From a virus (taxonomy: Duplodnaviria > Caudoviricetes), in the IMG/VR virus record IMGVR_UViG_3300028797_000139, positions 27,055 to 91,054 of that record: a stretch of DNA of 64,000 nucleotides; one strand, written 5' to 3'. The position numbers and the translations under genes are program-made. Under the pieces are notes generated by a model. That model saw only the letters and a list, made by a program, of their open reading frames with translations. It had not been told where the DNA came from and did not search any database. Each line of letters begins with the position of its first letter. Positions within the stretch are counted from its first letter, which is position 1. Below, in pieces: positions 25,302 through 36,317 of the stretch.

Positions 25302-28300
25302 ATGAATGATACTCAACTTCATTGTCACACGCACGGCTCTAATTTGCGTATGTTAGACTGTATAATTAAAACAAAAGATTTAATAGACAGGGCTGTTGAA
25401 CTTGGTATGAAAGCCGTGGCAATTACAGACCACGCCAGTATCAGCGAAGCTATAACTGCTATTAAATATTCTAAAGAATTACAAGCCAAAGGCGAAAATA
25501 TTAAAGTCCTTATAGGTGATGAAATTTATGTAGTGGATGATGTTAATGAAGTTAAAGCAAATTATATCCCCAAAGAAACAAAGTTTTATCACTTTATTCT
25601 AATTGCCAAAGATAAGATAGGTTTTGACCAATTGAGAAAAATAAACGCTGTTGGGTGGCAATCAAGTTTCTTTACGGGGAAAATGCGTAGAGTTCCTAAT
25701 GATAGGAAGCAAATAGAAAATATAATTAAAAATAACAAAGGACATCTACTTGCGAGTACAGCTTGTATTGGAGGAGAATTTGCTTCACAATTTCTTAAAG
25801 GTGAAACAAATAAGTCTATTGAATTTTTTAATTGGTGTGTAACAACTTTTGGTAAAGATAATTTCGCAATAGAAATCCAACCTTCAGTCAACCCAGACCA
25901 AATTAAATTTAATAAATGGGCTTATACTTTTGCCAAAGAACATGGTGTTAAATGTATATCTACTTGCGATGTTCATTATCTTAAAAAAGAACACCACGAT
26001 ATACATAAGGCTTTTCTTACAAGTCGCGAAGCCGACAGAGGCGAAGAAGAAGATTTTTATACCACAACTTATATGATGACTACAGAAGAAAAGCGTGAAT
26101 ATTTCAATTATTTTACAGATAAAGAATATGCAGAAATTGTAAATAATGGTTGGAATTTTGTAAAAGATGTAAAATTTTTTGATATGGAACACACCACCAT
26201 TATTCCAGAAAGAAATTTAGATGGCATAAATTTTTCTGTGAAACATACTTTTAAAAGTTGGTATGAAAAATATCCTTATATTCAAAACTTTGCTTATAGC
26301 GAATATGAACAAGATAGATATTTTTTATATATGGTAGAAATAGGATTTATCAACAAACACCAAGAATTTAATGAAACAAATATAAGTCGTATCGCGTGGG
26401 AACTTGAACAGCTTTGGTTAATTAGTGATAAACTTGGAGCAAGAATGTCAGCATATTATAATCTTGTAGATTATATTGTAGATATTTGCTGGGAAATTGG
26501 ATTTGTTGGTGTTAGTCGTGGTAGTGTGACAGGATATTATACTGCTTATCTTATTGATATGCAACAAATGAATCCCATCCAATGGAATCTTCCTGCCTAT
26601 CGTCACCTTAATGCAGAAAGAGTAAGTTGGCCCGATGTAGATTTAGATACTTCAGCCAGAAATCGCCCTAAAATTATAGCAAAACTAAGGGAAGTTTTTG
26701 GCGAAGATAATATTCTTAATATTTGCACTTTCAAAACAGAAACAACTAAATCTGCTTTTAAAACTGCCTGTCGAGGGCTTGGTATTTCTAACGAAGAAGC
26801 TGATTTCTTATCTTCCCTTGTTCCCGTTGAAAGAGGAAAACAATGGAGTGTCCAAGATTGCTTATGGGGCAATTCAGAAAAAGAAAGAAAACCTGTAATA
26901 GAATTGGTTAATAGAATTAAAGAATTAAAACAAGATATTGGCGTTGATTTAAGTGAATATGTGAAAATGATTGAAGGGCTTATATCTGGCATTTCACTTC
27001 ATGCCTCGGGGATATACATTTTTAAAAATGGTTATTTGGCACAAAATAGTTTAATGAAAACCCCCCGTGGCGATGATGTGACTTGTTGGGATATGCCTGA
27101 TAGTGATTATTGTGGTGGATTAAAATATGATAGTCTTACCACAGAATGTCAAGATAAATTAGAAGTATGTATAGAACTTTTAATTAAATATGGAAAAATT
27201 CAACCAAAAGCTACTTTAAGAGAAACTTACAATACTTATCTTCACCCCGATATTTTGGATTATACCACAACAGAAATGTGGGATAAATGTTCCAATGGAG
27301 AAATCACCGATTTATTCCAATTTATTACTCCTGTTGGTGGAAAATGTATTCAAAAAATTAAACCACACTCCCTTGAAGAAATGGCAAATGCTAATTCTCT
27401 TATGAGAATAAATGTAGAAAATGGCATCCAACCTGTAGATAAATTTCTTGCTTATAAGCATAATAGAAACCTATGGTATGAAGAATTAAAAGATTATGGT
27501 ATAACGAATAAGGAAGAAATAAAAGCACTTGAAAAAGTGTTGTCTTATTGTTATGGTTGCCCTTCTATGCAAGAAGATGTTATGGAACTTTGTATGGAAG
27601 AAAAGATTGCTGGATTTGGACTTGCTGATGCAGATAAAGCACGAAAAATAATTGCGAAAAAGAAAAATGAAGAAGTTGATTTATTAAAAGAAAAATTTTA
27701 TAACGCAGTAAAAGATAAGGGTAATTCTATAAATATTGCCAATTATGTTTGGGAAGAATGTATAAAACCTCAACTTAATTATTCCTTTTCTAAGTGCCAT
27801 GTAATGCCGTACAGCGTAGAAGCATTGCAAGAAATGAATTTATATTATCATTATCCTTCTGTATATTGGAATTGTGCCGCACTAATTGTTAATGCTGGGT
27901 TAAGCGATAATTCAAATGGAGATGAAGAAGAATATGATAATAAAATAAACAAAACAACAAACTATGGTAAAATAGCACAAGCTATTTATCGAAGCAAAAA
28001 TTTTGGCATAAATGTATTGCCTCCTTCTATTAATAATTCTGAAACTTCTTTTACCCCCATAGAAAAAAATAATTCTATTGTTTTTGGTTTGGGTTCGATA
28101 GCTGGCATCAATACACAAATTGCTCAACAAATTATTAATAACCGTCCTTATACATCTTTTGATGATTTTTATAGAAAAAACACCTATACCAATTCTCTTG
28201 TAACCCCTTCAAAAATTATACAGTTAATTAAAGCAGGATGTTTTGATGAATTTAATCTTGATAGAATGAAAATCATGAAACGATATTTTGTTTTGTCAAA

Positions 28301-29207
28301 TAAAAAACCTACGCAACTGACAATGGCAAATATGGCAAATATAAAGTCCACTTTACATCTGCCTAAAGATATTTTTAAAAACTATAATTTTTATAAATAT
28401 GTTACGTCAAAACAATTTCTTTATGGTAATCATCCAAAATTTAAGTCTAAAAAACTTTATTGGCTTGATAATAAAGCTATGAAATATTTTGATGAACATT
28501 GTATTGATTTAGGACAAAATGGTGTAGATTTTTGGGAAGAAAATGACAAAACAGTAGTAGTAGACAAATGGTTAGAAAAAATATTTAAGCCTGATTTTGA
28601 ATCTATAAAACAATATATTAACACACCTAACTTTATTACGCAATATTATAAAGCCAGCTTGCGTAAAAAATTTAATGAAATCTTGCCCAACCAAAACCCC
28701 AATCATTGGTCTATGGAAAGCGTTTCTTACTATTCTAACAATCATGAATTAAACAATATTAATTATTTACAATATAATTTAACTGCTTTTCAAAATATTC
28801 CTATTGACCCTATTTTTGTAGAACGAACAGCAAAAGGAAGAACATGGAAGCAATTTGAATTATATCGTATTTGTGGGACAGTAATTGATAGGACAGACTC
28901 ACACCATTTAATTACAATTCTAACCCCAGAAAATGATGTGGTTTCAGTTAAATTTAATGGAGAATTTTATGCCTATCTCAAGAAACAAGAAAGCGAAATT
29001 ATAGATGGCAAAAAAATTGTTTTAGAAAAATCTTGGCTTAATCGTGGTACTTTATTAATGCTAACTGGCTACAGAAGGGGCGAATCAGAATTTGTAATTA
29101 AAAGCTATAAATCTTCTGTTTTGAATCACAAAGTCAGTAAAATTAATAAAATTTATGAAGATGGAACAGTAGAATTACAAACAGAAAAAATGACTATAAA
29201 TACTTGA
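25302..29207 (+). CDS. dnaE: DNA polymerase III alpha subunit
   Basis: PHP LHCHT/AITDH, SRGS, PDVDLD, HASG, YSFSKCH. Confidence 0.95.
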   Translation: MNDTQLHCHTHGSNLRMLDCIIKTKDLIDRAVELGMKAVAITDHASISEAITAIKYSKELQAKGENIKVLIGDEIYVVDDVNEVKANYIPKETKFYHFILIAKDKIGFDQLRKINAVGWQSSFFTGKMRRVPNDRKQIENIIKNNKGHLLASTACIGGEFASQFLKGETNKSIEFFNWCVTTFGKDNFAIEIQPSVNPDQIKFNKWAYTFAKEHGVKCISTCDVHYLKKEHHDIHKAFLTSREADRGEEEDFYTTTYMMTTEEKREYFNYFTDKEYAEIVNNGWNFVKDVKFFDMEHTTIIPERNLDGINFSVKHTFKSWYEKYPYIQNFAYSEYEQDRYFLYMVEIGFINKHQEFNETNISRIAWELEQLWLISDKLGARMSAYYNLVDYIVDICWEIGFVGVSRGSVTGYYTAYLIDMQQMNPIQWNLPAYRHLNAERVSWPDVDLDTSARNRPKIIAKLREVFGEDNILNICTFKTETTKSAFKTACRGLGISNEEADFLSSLVPVERGKQWSVQDCLWGNSEKERKPVIELVNRIKELKQDIGVDLSEYVKMIEGLISGISLHASGIYIFKNGYLAQNSLMKTPRGDDVTCWDMPDSDYCGGLKYDSLTTECQDKLEVCIELLIKYGKIQPKATLRETYNTYLHPDILDYTTTEMWDKCSNGEITDLFQFITPVGGKCIQKIKPHSLEEMANANSLMRINVENGIQPVDKFLAYKHNRNLWYEELKDYGITNKEEIKALEKVLSYCYGCPSMQEDVMELCMEEKIAGFGLADADKARKIIAKKKNEEVDLLKEKFYNAVKDKGNSINIANYVWEECIKPQLNYSFSKCHVMPYSVEALQEMNLYYHYPSVYWNCAALIVNAGLSDNSNGDEEEYDNKINKTTNYGKIAQAIYRSKNFGINVLPPSINNSETSFTPIEKNNSIVFGLGSIAGINTQIAQQIINNRPYTSFDDFYRKNTYTNSLVTPSKIIQLIKAGCFDEFNLDRMKIMKRYFVLSNKKPTQLTMANMANIKSTLHLPKDIFKNYNFYKYVTSKQFLYGNHPKFKSKKLYWLDNKAMKYFDEHCIDLGQNGVDFWEENDKTVVVDKWLEKIFKPDFESIKQYINTPNFITQYYKASLRKKFNEILPNQNPNHWSMESVSYYSNNHELNNINYLQYNLTAFQNIPIDPIFVERTAKGRTWKQFELYRICGTVIDRTDSHHLITILTPENDVVSVKFNGEFYAYLKKQESEIIDGKKIVLEKSWLNRGTLLMLTGYRRGESEFVIKSYKSSVLNHKVSKINKIYEDGTVELQTEKMTINT

Positions 29208-29255
29208 CTTTTCTCCTTTTCTATGGTATAATAACACTATCATAGAAAAGGAGAA
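29204..29255 (+). promoter_or_regulatory. promoter with anti-SD spacer (module copy 7)
   Basis: TTGACT-17-TATAAT; perfect 15-bp TTCTCCTTTTCTATG/CATAGAAAAGGAGAA. Confidence 0.8.
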
Positions 29256-29260
29256 TTTTT

Positions 29261-31468
29261 ATGGAAGTAACACTTACACCCATTAAACAAATTTTTTTCA
29301 ATCCAGAAAACGATTTTAGAATTCTGTCTTGTATTCCTAATAATTGGAATAACGATGTAGAGCTTAGTAAATATGGTAATTTTACATTGTCTGGAACTAA
29401 TATTAATAGTCTAATCATAGGCCAAAGCGTGTGTTTGGATATTAGCCCCGATATAAATTCCAAATATGATGCAAGTTATATTGTTAATGGTTATGCAGGA
29501 ATTTCTTATGTTGGTCAAATTAAGGTTGACCCCAAACATGAACTGCTTTTGCTTGAGCAGATTATGTCAGCAGACCAAGCTAAGAATGTAAATAATGCTT
29601 ATCCCAATTTCGTGGAAATGGTTTTGAATAATCAAGAGGCTGAAATTGACATAGATAAGATTTACAACGTGGGGGACTTCAGATTCACCGATTATTGTAA
29701 TAAAATTAGGGAGAATTTTGGCGTATTTTTGTTTTTTGCCAAGACCAAACCCTATAACATTACTGATTTTGAAATCGTTTCTAAGTTGTTTTTAGCCTAT
29801 AATATTCCAGAAATTTGGGAAGAAGAATATCGCAAGCACCCTTACGAAGTGTTGAATAAACACAGCAAATGGTCATTTAATAAAATAGACAACACTATTA
29901 TTTCTGCCCTGCCTGAATTTTTGCATAGCGAAGAAAGGGCTAAATATTGTATTTATCATTATCTTGAAGAAAACGAAACAGATGGCGACACAAAAATAGA
30001 TGCAAGAATTATCAAAGAAATCATAGATGAAGATTATCCTGAACTTAGTAACTATGTTGCCCTTATCATAAAGAATGATGAAAACATTTATTATGATAAT
30101 GTCACCAAGTTTTGTGGGCTAAAAAGCACTTATGAAGCAGAACTGAACATAGCAGATAATATTAAATATAGAATTAACCATCCTATGAAAGATGATATGG
30201 ATTGGCAAAGTTTCAAGGATATTACTGGATTTACAATGACAGAAGAACAGAATAAAATTTGCCAAATAGCTAATGATAATTCTATAGGCATGATGATTGG
30301 TGCGGCAGGTGTGGGAAAAACTACAGCCACCAAAGCATTGATTAAAATGCTTGAACACTATGCTAAATCTTATATTCTCCTTGCCCCTACTGGCATTGCC
30401 GCTAAAAGGCTTCGTGAATCTACTGGAAGAAGCGCAAGTACAATACACATGGCTTTGGCAAGAGGGGATTTTCAAGGTAGTGTTTATGACTATGTTATCA
30501 TAGATGAAATGTCTTGCGTTGGTGTAAAGCTGTTGTCTTCTGTGTTTGAATTAATTCCCAAAGAAACGAAAGTTATTTTTATTTGTGATAACGCACAATT
30601 GGCTTCTATTTCTTGTGGAAATATTGTAGAAGATATTATTAATTCCAACAAAATGCCTATAGCAGAACTAACAAAAGTGTTTAGATACGGTAGTTCTGGA
30701 ATTGCTACAATTGCAACGAATACAAGAAAAGGCAATATGGATGGGCGTGGTGATATTGTTTTTGAAGGAAATGACTATGATTATCATGACATAGACACAG
30801 ACCCTTTGAATCAAATTGTAGAAGAATATAGCAATCTTTTGCTTCAAGGGTATAATAAAAATGATATTCTTATTCTTTGCCCCTATAACAAATCTACTTT
30901 GGGGACTTATACTATTAACGAAGCTATTCAAAATGCTTTTAATAATAGTGAAAAAGAGGTAGTAATAAATCTTCGTAATCGTCCAGTAAAGCAAATTCAT
31001 TATAAAATAGGTGATAGAGTCATTAATACCCAAAACAATTATAAAGCAGTAGTTGCAGATATAGACGCGAATGGCGATTATTATGCTACTGACAGAACCA
31101 ATCCCATCATGAATGGCGATATTGGCGTTATTCGTGACATACGATATGGTATTAATAATACCTTTGAAATTTTTATCCAGTTTGACGAAAGTGTAATTGT
31201 TTTTACTCATAAAGAAATTAAAAATCTGTTGCTTGGTTATTGTATTACCTGTCACAAAAGCCAAGGATGCGAAAGCAAAGCTGTCATTTCTGTTATAGGC
31301 AAAAACCATAAAAGACTTGTTACACGCAATCTTTTGTATGTTGCTGTTAGTCGCGCAAAGGAAAAATTGATAGAAATTGTGTACAAGGATTGTGTCGAAA
31401 GCGGAATAAACGTCGTAGAAACAATGGATAGAAACACTTGGTTAAGTAACCTAATGTCAGAAAATTAA
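29261..31468 (+). CDS. RecD2-like SF1B helicase
   Basis: GAAGVGKT, APTGIAA, IDEMS, QLASI, HKSQG, YVAVSRAK. Confidence 0.9.
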   Translation: MEVTLTPIKQIFFNPENDFRILSCIPNNWNNDVELSKYGNFTLSGTNINSLIIGQSVCLDISPDINSKYDASYIVNGYAGISYVGQIKVDPKHELLLLEQIMSADQAKNVNNAYPNFVEMVLNNQEAEIDIDKIYNVGDFRFTDYCNKIRENFGVFLFFAKTKPYNITDFEIVSKLFLAYNIPEIWEEEYRKHPYEVLNKHSKWSFNKIDNTIISALPEFLHSEERAKYCIYHYLEENETDGDTKIDARIIKEIIDEDYPELSNYVALIIKNDENIYYDNVTKFCGLKSTYEAELNIADNIKYRINHPMKDDMDWQSFKDITGFTMTEEQNKICQIANDNSIGMMIGAAGVGKTTATKALIKMLEHYAKSYILLAPTGIAAKRLRESTGRSASTIHMALARGDFQGSVYDYVIIDEMSCVGVKLLSSVFELIPKETKVIFICDNAQLASISCGNIVEDIINSNKMPIAELTKVFRYGSSGIATIATNTRKGNMDGRGDIVFEGNDYDYHDIDTDPLNQIVEEYSNLLLQGYNKNDILILCPYNKSTLGTYTINEAIQNAFNNSEKEVVINLRNRPVKQIHYKIGDRVINTQNNYKAVVADIDANGDYYATDRTNPIMNGDIGVIRDIRYGINNTFEIFIQFDESVIVFTHKEIKNLLLGYCITCHKSQGCESKAVISVIGKNHKRLVTRNLLYVAVSRAKEKLIEIVYKDCVESGINVVETMDRNTWLSNLMSEN

Positions 31469-31480
31469 GGAGGGGAGGAT

Positions 31481-31708
31481 ATGGAATATTTAATTGCCGA
31501 AACTACGGTGCGATATCACAGATTTAATGTAGATGAAGAAGTAGACATGGAAAAAATTTTAGACATTGCACCAACACATAGAGAAGATTCAGGATATGAT
31601 GCAATTTGTAAAGCGTTAGAAATATGTGATATTGCTTATGTTTCTGAAGCAGATTTTTGTGGGTCTGAAGTCGAAAGACTTGAAATTGCAGATTATGATT
31701 ATATGTAG
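31481..31708 (+). CDS. hypothetical protein
   Basis: ORF with SD. Confidence 0.65.
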   Translation: MEYLIAETTVRYHRFNVDEEVDMEKILDIAPTHREDSGYDAICKALEICDIAYVSEADFCGSEVERLEIADYDYM

Positions 31709-31719
31709 GGGGAATTTTA

Positions 31720-31932
31720 TTGGAAATTATTTTATATTCAACGCATTGTCCTAAATGTAATATTCTTGAAAAGAAATTAAATGAAAAAAACATTTCTTTT
31801 AGATTAGAAACAGAAATTGAAAAAATGCCAAAGCAAGTAATAAATTCTAATACAGTACCTTGGCTCAAAGTTAATGATTGCTTAATGAATTTTGGCGAAG
31901 CTGTGAAGTGGGTGAATTCTTATGGAAATTAA
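31720..31932 (+). CDS. glutaredoxin/NrdH-like redoxin
   Basis: CPKC and TVP motifs; upstream of nrdD. Confidence 0.8.
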   Translation: MEIILYSTHCPKCNILEKKLNEKNISFRLETEIEKMPKQVINSNTVPWLKVNDCLMNFGEAVKWVNSYGN

Positions 31933-34664
31933 CTTAAATCTTTCCAAAGATTTTGAAAGATGTTTAGATGATTTGAAAAAGAAATATGGGGAAGACTTTG
32001 AATATATTAATGGCGTTCATCCAAGTCAATTAGACTTTTCTGAATTTATTAATAATTTTGTTCAAAAAGATACTTTAGCAGATGTCAGTATTGACCCTAA
32101 TTCTAATGCTAACAATCGTGATATTCGGTCTTTTATGACAGAAAAAGGAAAAAGTAGTGATAAATTGTTTGCCTTAAATAAAATTTTTATCACTATTAAA
32201 AAGCAATGGGGATTAAGAACAGCCAAGCAGTGGTTAGAGCAGGAATTTAATAAAGGTTTATATTTGAACGATTCAGCCACAGCCAGTTATTTCCCGTATT
32301 GTTGGGCTAACGATTTAACAAGATTAGCTACAGAAGGTTTATTTTTCTTAAAAAATTATAATAATCAACCTCCCAAGCATTTAACTACTTATTTCGATGA
32401 TGTCATTGAATTTGTTTCTTTCTTATCTAATCGTCAATCGGGAGCTGTCGGTTTACCTAATGTTTTAATTTGGGCCTATTATTTTTGGAAGAAAGATGTA
32501 GTAGAAGGGTATTACATGAAAGACCCTGATTATTATCTAAAGCAACAATTTCAAAAATTTATATTTAGATTAAATCAACCTTTTCTTAGAATTGACCAAA
32601 GCAGTTTTACTAATGTATCAATTTTTGATAGATGCTATTTAACCGAATTATTTGGCGATATAGAATTTCCTGATGGTAGTTTTGCTATTGACCAAATTGA
32701 AGAATTAATTAATGTGCAAAAAGTTTTTATGGAAGTGGTTAGTGAAATAAGAGAAGAAAATATGTTTACATATCCCGTTGAAATAATAGCGGCCTAACGG
32801 GGCGACCCGTTTTGCAAACCCTGTGAACTCAGGGAAACTCTGAATAATACACCTTCTTTAAGCGGGGGTGATAAAATGGCAAGAAAAATAGGCATACCAG
32901 CCGAAAAGATACTTGAATTGCACAATCAGGGATTATACGACCAAGAAATAGCAAATATTCTCGGATGCGAAAGAAGCAATATCACTATTAGACTAAAGAA
33001 GCTCGGAATTACAAATCGCAGAAGCAAAATCGAAGATATTAAACTTAGAAATCGCATTAGTGAGTCGCTAATTGGAAGATATTGCGGTGAAAATAATCCA
33101 AATTATAAAGGATATAACGACGAAAAACAAATAGCGCGTGGAATTTTTAAGACATTCTCCAAACGACTAATAAGAAATGCGGATTACACTTGTGAATTTT
33201 GTAAACGTCGCGGTGGAAATATGGAATGTCACCATATTAAACCGTTCAACATTATCTTCACCGAGTTTATCAACAATAGGTACGATGGCAACATCAATAC
33301 TATCTATTCCCAACTGATGCAATACGACGATTTTATCAATGAAACTAATATGGTGGTGCTGTGTGAACAGTGTCATTATGATGTGCATTATTCAGACAAT
33401 CCTGAACTAAGCCCATATAGATGGGAAAGCGCAACGACTATCTCGAAAGAGAGTACATCGTAAGCTATTGACGATGGAAGCGCAGGGGGGCTAATTCTTA
33501 GTCCATGATATAGTCTGCTCTCTACGGCGACGTAGAGCTGTTCGAAAGAACGGCAACGGCGTAGCGAACCGTTGTGAACACAAAGGATTAACATATTCGC
33601 TTCTTTATAAGGATGGCAAGTTCGTCGATGAACCCTTTGCAAAATGGTGTTCAAGCCATAACATCAAGTGGAGCGATAGCAACTTCTTTGTAAGTGATAA
33701 TGTTGGGGTTTTGTCTAATTGTTGCAGACTCTTATCAAACACCCAAGAACTTGACCCCTTTATTAATTCCATTGGTGGAACCGCCTTATCTGTAGGTTCT
33801 TGTAGAGTTAGCACAATTAATCTTGCCAGAATTGCTTACGAATCTAAATTTAATAAAAAGAAGTATTTAGAAATACTTAAAAATCGTGTTGAACTAAATT
33901 GCAAGGCATTGTATTCTATGCGTTATATTTTACAACGTAATATAGAAAAAGGTTTATTGCCTAACTATCAAGCAGGTGCCGTAGAATTAAATAAACAATT
34001 TTGCACCATTGGCGGGATAGGAAATTTTGAAGTTATGGATATGTTTGGATTAATTAAAACAGACGAACTTGGTAATAAATTTTATTCTAATGAAGCTATA
34101 GATTTTACATTAGAAATTCTAAATATCATTAATGAAACAAAAGATAATTTTGTGAATATTCATAATTGTGATTTTAAGTTTAATCTTGAAATGATTCCTG
34201 CTGAAAATTGTGCAGGGGTTATGGCAACTGCTAACAATTTAATTTATGAAGATAATAAATATTTTATTTTATCTAATCAATGGATTCCTTTAATGGAAAA
34301 ATGTACCATTCAAGAAAAATGTCATTTAGGTTCTTTATTTGATAAACGCTGTGGTGGTGGATGTATAGCCCATATTAATACAGAAGGACGCTTCCCAACA
34401 GAAGAAAGTGCGTGGCAAATGTTGAACTATGTAGCTTCGCAAGGTGTAATTTATTTTGCATTTACTACCAAAATTTCTGTATGTAAAGATAAACACGCTT
34501 TTATAGGCACTTCCACTTGTCCTAAATGTGGGCAACCTATAGCTGATACTTATTCAAGAGTAGTTGGATTTTATGTACCTGTATCTTCTTATCAAAAAAT
34601 TCGTAAACAAGAATTTGATAAGCGCCAATGGTATAATGCAATGTCAATGGATAAAATGATATAA
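31922..34664 (+). CDS. nrdD: class III anaerobic ribonucleotide reductase, exons 31922-32778 and 33587-34664 (644 aa predicted)
   Basis: spliced FTYPVLTYSLL junction; PPKH, QSGA, NCCRL, PAEN, glycyl-radical SRVVGF. Confidence 0.92.
32779..33586 (+). mobile_element. group I intron in nrdD carrying an HNH gene
   Basis: P1 CCGU/GCGG with U.G; R GCAACGACTA, S GATATAGTCT; ends in G; removal restores frame. Confidence 0.9.
32876..33463 (+). CDS. intron-encoded HNH endonuclease (HTH + HNH)
   Basis: CEFC, ECHHIKP, LCEQCH; 3' end runs through the intron core. Confidence 0.85.
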   Translation: MARKIGIPAEKILELHNQGLYDQEIANILGCERSNITIRLKKLGITNRRSKIEDIKLRNRISESLIGRYCGENNPNYKGYNDEKQIARGIFKTFSKRLIRNADYTCEFCKRRGGNMECHHIKPFNIIFTEFINNRYDGNINTIYSQLMQYDDFINETNMVVLCEQCHYDVHYSDNPELSPYRWESATTISKESTS

Positions 34665-34666
34665 TT

Positions 34667-35149
34667 ATGAAAATTAAAGACATAATCACTGAAGATTTTA
34701 TAAATTATAAAATTCCTTCTATGTATATAATTTCTTCTATTTGTAATTGGAAATGTTGTAAAGAACAAAACATAGATATTTCTATTTGTCAAAATCAATC
34801 TATTATTCATCAAAAAACTATTGATATTTCCCCTCAAACCATCTATAATATGTATATTAATAATCCTATAACAAAAGCAATAGTTATTGGTGGATTAGAA
34901 CCATTTGACCAATTTAATGAAGTAGTGGAAATTATTGATTTCTTTAGAAAAAACAACGAATTTTCCACGTTTGTTATCTATACAGGGTATTACCCTTCTG
35001 AAATATTAATTGCCCTAAATAGACTCAAAAAGTATAAGAATATTATAGTAAAATTTGGAAGATTTATTCCAAATGATACACATCATATAGATAAAATTTT
35101 AGGCGTAGAATTGGCATCACAAAATCAATACGCAGAGGTGATTTGTTGA
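34667..35149 (+). CDS. nrdG: anaerobic RNR activase
   Basis: CNWKC...CQN, GGLEPF, YTGY, LASQNQ. Confidence 0.85.
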   Translation: MKIKDIITEDFINYKIPSMYIISSICNWKCCKEQNIDISICQNQSIIHQKTIDISPQTIYNMYINNPITKAIVIGGLEPFDQFNEVVEIIDFFRKNNEFSTFVIYTGYYPSEILIALNRLKKYKNIIVKFGRFIPNDTHHIDKILGVELASQNQYAEVIC

Positions 35150-35334
35150 AAACAATTATTTCTATGGTTGAAGGGGCAGAAGAAATATTAGCCGCTGTTA
35201 ATGCTAATGATAAATATTGCCCTTGTAAAATTATTAAAACACCAGACACAAAATGTATGTGTAAAGAGTTTAGGGAACAAAAAGAAGGAATTTGTCATTG
35301 TGGGTTATTTATTAAAGAAATAAAGGAGGATTAA
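35143..35334 (+). CDS. ferredoxin-thioredoxin reductase catalytic-like protein
   Basis: YCPC...CMC...CHCGLF. Confidence 0.8.
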   Translation: MLKTIISMVEGAEEILAAVNANDKYCPCKIIKTPDTKCMCKEFREQKEGICHCGLFIKEIKED

Positions 35335-35336
35335 AA

Positions 35337-35597
35337 ATGGATATTCAATATAGAATGTATGAAGGTAAGTTAGGATATGAAAATTGGATTTGTGACTTAA
35401 CAAGCGAAAATACACAGGGACTTATTCCCTATTACTTACCTTCTAAGGGTGATTTGATTGCTTTATATGACTGTTCTGACAATTGCACAGTTTACAAGGT
35501 GCTTCAGGTGATGTTTGATTGTGGTTTTAACGATGAAAAAGAAACATCGCCCCCTTCTGTTAATTATTTTGTAGAAGAATATGATTGGGAGAATTAA
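35337..35597 (+). CDS. hypothetical protein
   Basis: ORF with SD. Confidence 0.65.
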   Translation: MDIQYRMYEGKLGYENWICDLTSENTQGLIPYYLPSKGDLIALYDCSDNCTVYKVLQVMFDCGFNDEKETSPPSVNYFVEEYDWEN

Positions 35598-35603
35598 TAA
35601 TTT

Positions 35604-36317
35604 ATGGAACACAACCCTATTGTTACAATCTTAAACCCTGAAGAAGTAAAAAATTTATTTGAAGATTGGGGGAAATTTACTTCTGTATGTTATGATACCC
35701 AATCTAATAATCCCCAAGCAATTGCCAAAAGTTGTTTAGAAAGTGGGCATTTTTCTGGTGGCAGATGGAAGTATATTGTTTTTCAAATTCAAAATTGCCC
35801 TCGTTTTGTAATTGACCAACTTGTAAGACATGAACAAGGCGTGGTTAAAAATGTACAATCTTTTAGACGAGTGAACAAAGAAAACTTTTCTTGTGCTATT
35901 CCTGATTTAATCAAAGATGATAATGAACTATTGGCAGACTATTGGAAACATATGCGAAGCACGATGAAGCTATATGAAAAAATTCAGAATCATGTTTATT
36001 ATTCTACCCATGATTTAGGAACAGCCACAGAACAAGCCCGGTATGTTTTGCCTATGGCTACTGAAAGTGCTGTTAATATAGCGTTTACTTTAGAAGGTTT
36101 CATCCACTTTTGCCATTTAAGGTTATGTGTTAAAACAGAAAGCAGACATAGAACTTTAGCCGCAGAAATGCGAAAAGCAGTTTTAGAAATTTTACCTGAA
36201 TTAGAAGATGTTTTAGTTGCCCAATGTAATTATTTAATGTGGTGTCCTGAAAAGAATGGCTGTGGATTATATCTCAATAAAAATCAAGTACAGGAGAAAT
36301 TAAATGAAGACAATTAA
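35604..36317 (+). CDS. thyX: flavin-dependent thymidylate synthase
   Basis: SGH, QLVRH...QSFR, EQARYVLP, LRLC. Confidence 0.85.
   Translation: MEHNPIVTILNPEEVKNLFEDWGKFTSVCYDTQSNNPQAIAKSCLESGHFSGGRWKYIVFQIQNCPRFVIDQLVRHEQGVVKNVQSFRRVNKENFSCAIPDLIKDDNELLADYWKHMRSTMKLYEKIQNHVYYSTHDLGTATEQARYVLPMATESAVNIAFTLEGFIHFCHLRLCVKTESRHRTLAAEMRKAVLEILPELEDVLVAQCNYLMWCPEKNGCGLYLNKNQVQEKLNEDN

Noticed and set aside
11868-31468. Inteins in DnaB, DnaE or RecD2
   Set aside because: Lengths are ordinary and no intein or LAGLIDADG motifs were seen
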